Position numbers and translations under genes: made by a program. Shown piece after piece: positions 62,460 to 64,000 of a DNA stretch of 64,000 bases. The first letter of the stretch is position 1. The number at the start of each line of letters is the position of its first letter. The DNA comes from Lama guanicoe (Eukaryota): positions 15,690,029 to 15,754,028 of the forward strand of contig MU054323.1 in assembly GCA_013239625.1 (NCBI GenBank). The letters are read 5' to 3'. The notes under the pieces were generated by a model, which was not told the DNA's origin, ran no database searches, and saw only the letters and a list, made by a program, of their open reading frames with translations.

Positions 62460-63635
62460 GGACTTCATGTTGCTGTCACCAGGGGAGCTTTTAAAAATGC
62501 TGATGATTGGGCCGCATCCCAGACCTGTTAAACTAGAGTCTGGCAAATACCCAGAAGCTGGTATTTTCATCTGTAGCCAAGGTTGAGAATCAAGTCCCCG
62601 AGAGGGGAGGAAAGGGGCAGCTCGACTTCCAGGTGCAAGTGGCCATGGCCCACAAGTCTCTCCGGCTCCCGCCCAGTCCTCTTCTCATGCCCTCGGGCTA
62701 CCCTGCCTGTACAGAAACTGACAGGATCCAGAACAGCCTGGGAGGGTGCTCCAGGGCCCAGTGGCACAGACCGCCTCCATCCCCACCCCTGCCACTTCTC
62801 CGGAGTGACAGGCTGGCGAACACTTGAACCTCACGCCTCAGGCACACCACCCCCGGGCTGAATGAGCTGAGGGCACAGTTCACACCCAAGAATCTTACGC
62901 TCTTCCTTTTCCTCACCTCGCTCTCCCAGACGCACAGAGGAAACAAGGACTGCCCTTGACTTCCCCCGCTTCCTGACGGTTCCCCTTGACCTCCCATTGC
63001 ACGTGGACTGGGCTTATCCCCGGGCAGCCCCTTCTCCTGGAGCTCGTTCTCCCTCGATCCCTAGATCATTCTGCTAGAGGAGCAGATGGCCACTCCCATG
63101 CACACTAGAACCACTTGGGGAGCTTCTGAAATCCCAATGCCCAGACCAAACCTCAGATCGGTTAAATCACAATTTCTGAGTGTGGGACTCAGGGATCATT
63201 CATTTTCAGAGCTCTCTGGGTACTGCTGCTGGGCAACCAGAGAGTGAAGGCACACGTATTCCGCCAGCGCTGTGCTGTCATCTGGAGGATCCTGCATCCC
63301 TGCCCCACCCACCCCCCGCCTCCCCCCACCCCTGCCCAGGCTGCCAGCCTAGGCTGCAGGAGCACCGCTCTCCTCCCTCTTCTCAGCCTTCCTCCTGTGG
63401 TCTCCAGACTTATTTATTCTCCTCCCTTCCTCTTATCACTGGCAGCCCCACTGCTGATTTTCTCAACACTCACAGCATCCTCTAAGACATTGCTACTCAA
63501 AATGCGTTCCACCGTATCATCTTGTTAGAAAGGCACAACCTGGGATATCACATCCAACCTGCAGAATTAGAATCTACATTTGAACAAAATCCCCAGGTGA
63601 CCAGACACAGGCTGAGTTTGGGAAGCACCAAGCAC
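62460..63635. mobile_element. Cluster of three MER5-type fragments (about 62460-62590, 63095-63250, 63490-63635)
   Basis: gtcaccaggggagcttttaaaaatgctgat; cacttggggagcttctgaaatcccaatgcccagacc; gctactcaaaatg...gaattagaatctacattt...ccccaggtga...gagtttgggaagcac. Confidence 0.65.
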
Positions 63636-64000
63636 TGTCTGTTGCCAAGGCACTCCATGTCCCTGCGCTTACCAAGCCCTGCGATGTGGAAACAGACTGC
63701 AAGCCGGAGAGCCCCCTAGTTCCACAGTAATTCTCAGATCAGCAGATTACACACCCACATTTCCTCCTTTCCTTTATTCCTTTCCTTCTTTCCATAATTC
63801 TCTATTACCCTGAACACTCGGGCTAGAAAATCCTAGGACACGGCGCCTGTTCTCAAGTAGGTTATAGTCAATCTTCATGATTTTCTAATTCCATATTTGC
63901 AAATTCACCTCTGTGCTGAAATTTACTCGTGTCTCCAAAAACCGGCATTCATGGCACTTTCATTGTCGTTTGTGGACATGCACAGACGGGGGAGTGTTTC

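Noticed and set aside
1..64000. A novel multi-gene system, operon or CRISPR array
   Set aside because: The window is the interior of a single spliced mammalian gene. I saw no repeat-spacer arrays, and the track ORFs are short, often start at GTG/TTG, and lack recognisable domains apart from VIT exons and L1 ORF2.

Overview
Mammalian genomic DNA, most likely camelid (inferred from tRNA-Ala-derived SINEs and the L1 3' UTR types). The window lies inside the vitrin gene (VIT, + strand). Nine coding exons join in frame (935 nt, 311 codons plus 2 nt) and encode a signal peptide, an LCCL domain, a Ser/Thr/Pro-rich linker and the start of the first von Willebrand A domain (MIDAS DGSSS). The promoter/first exon and the 3' exons are outside the window. 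The rest is intron carrying L1, L2, MIR, MLT1/MER LTRs, MER5 DNA transposons and SINEs. Almost all ORFs in the supplied track are spurious or decayed L1 ORF2. I found no new multi-gene system. The best findings are: two decayed linker exons (one frameshifted with a stop but intact splice sites, one with a dead acceptor); a GC-AG intron whose read-through would give an LCCL-only isoform; a recursive-splice-type exon start; a 109-nt identical tract between two diverged L1 copies; a twin-primed inverted L1; an intronic CpG island; and convergent CTCF motifs. Comparisons with human VIT and all repeat subfamily names are from memory and need alignment or RepeatMasker confirmation.
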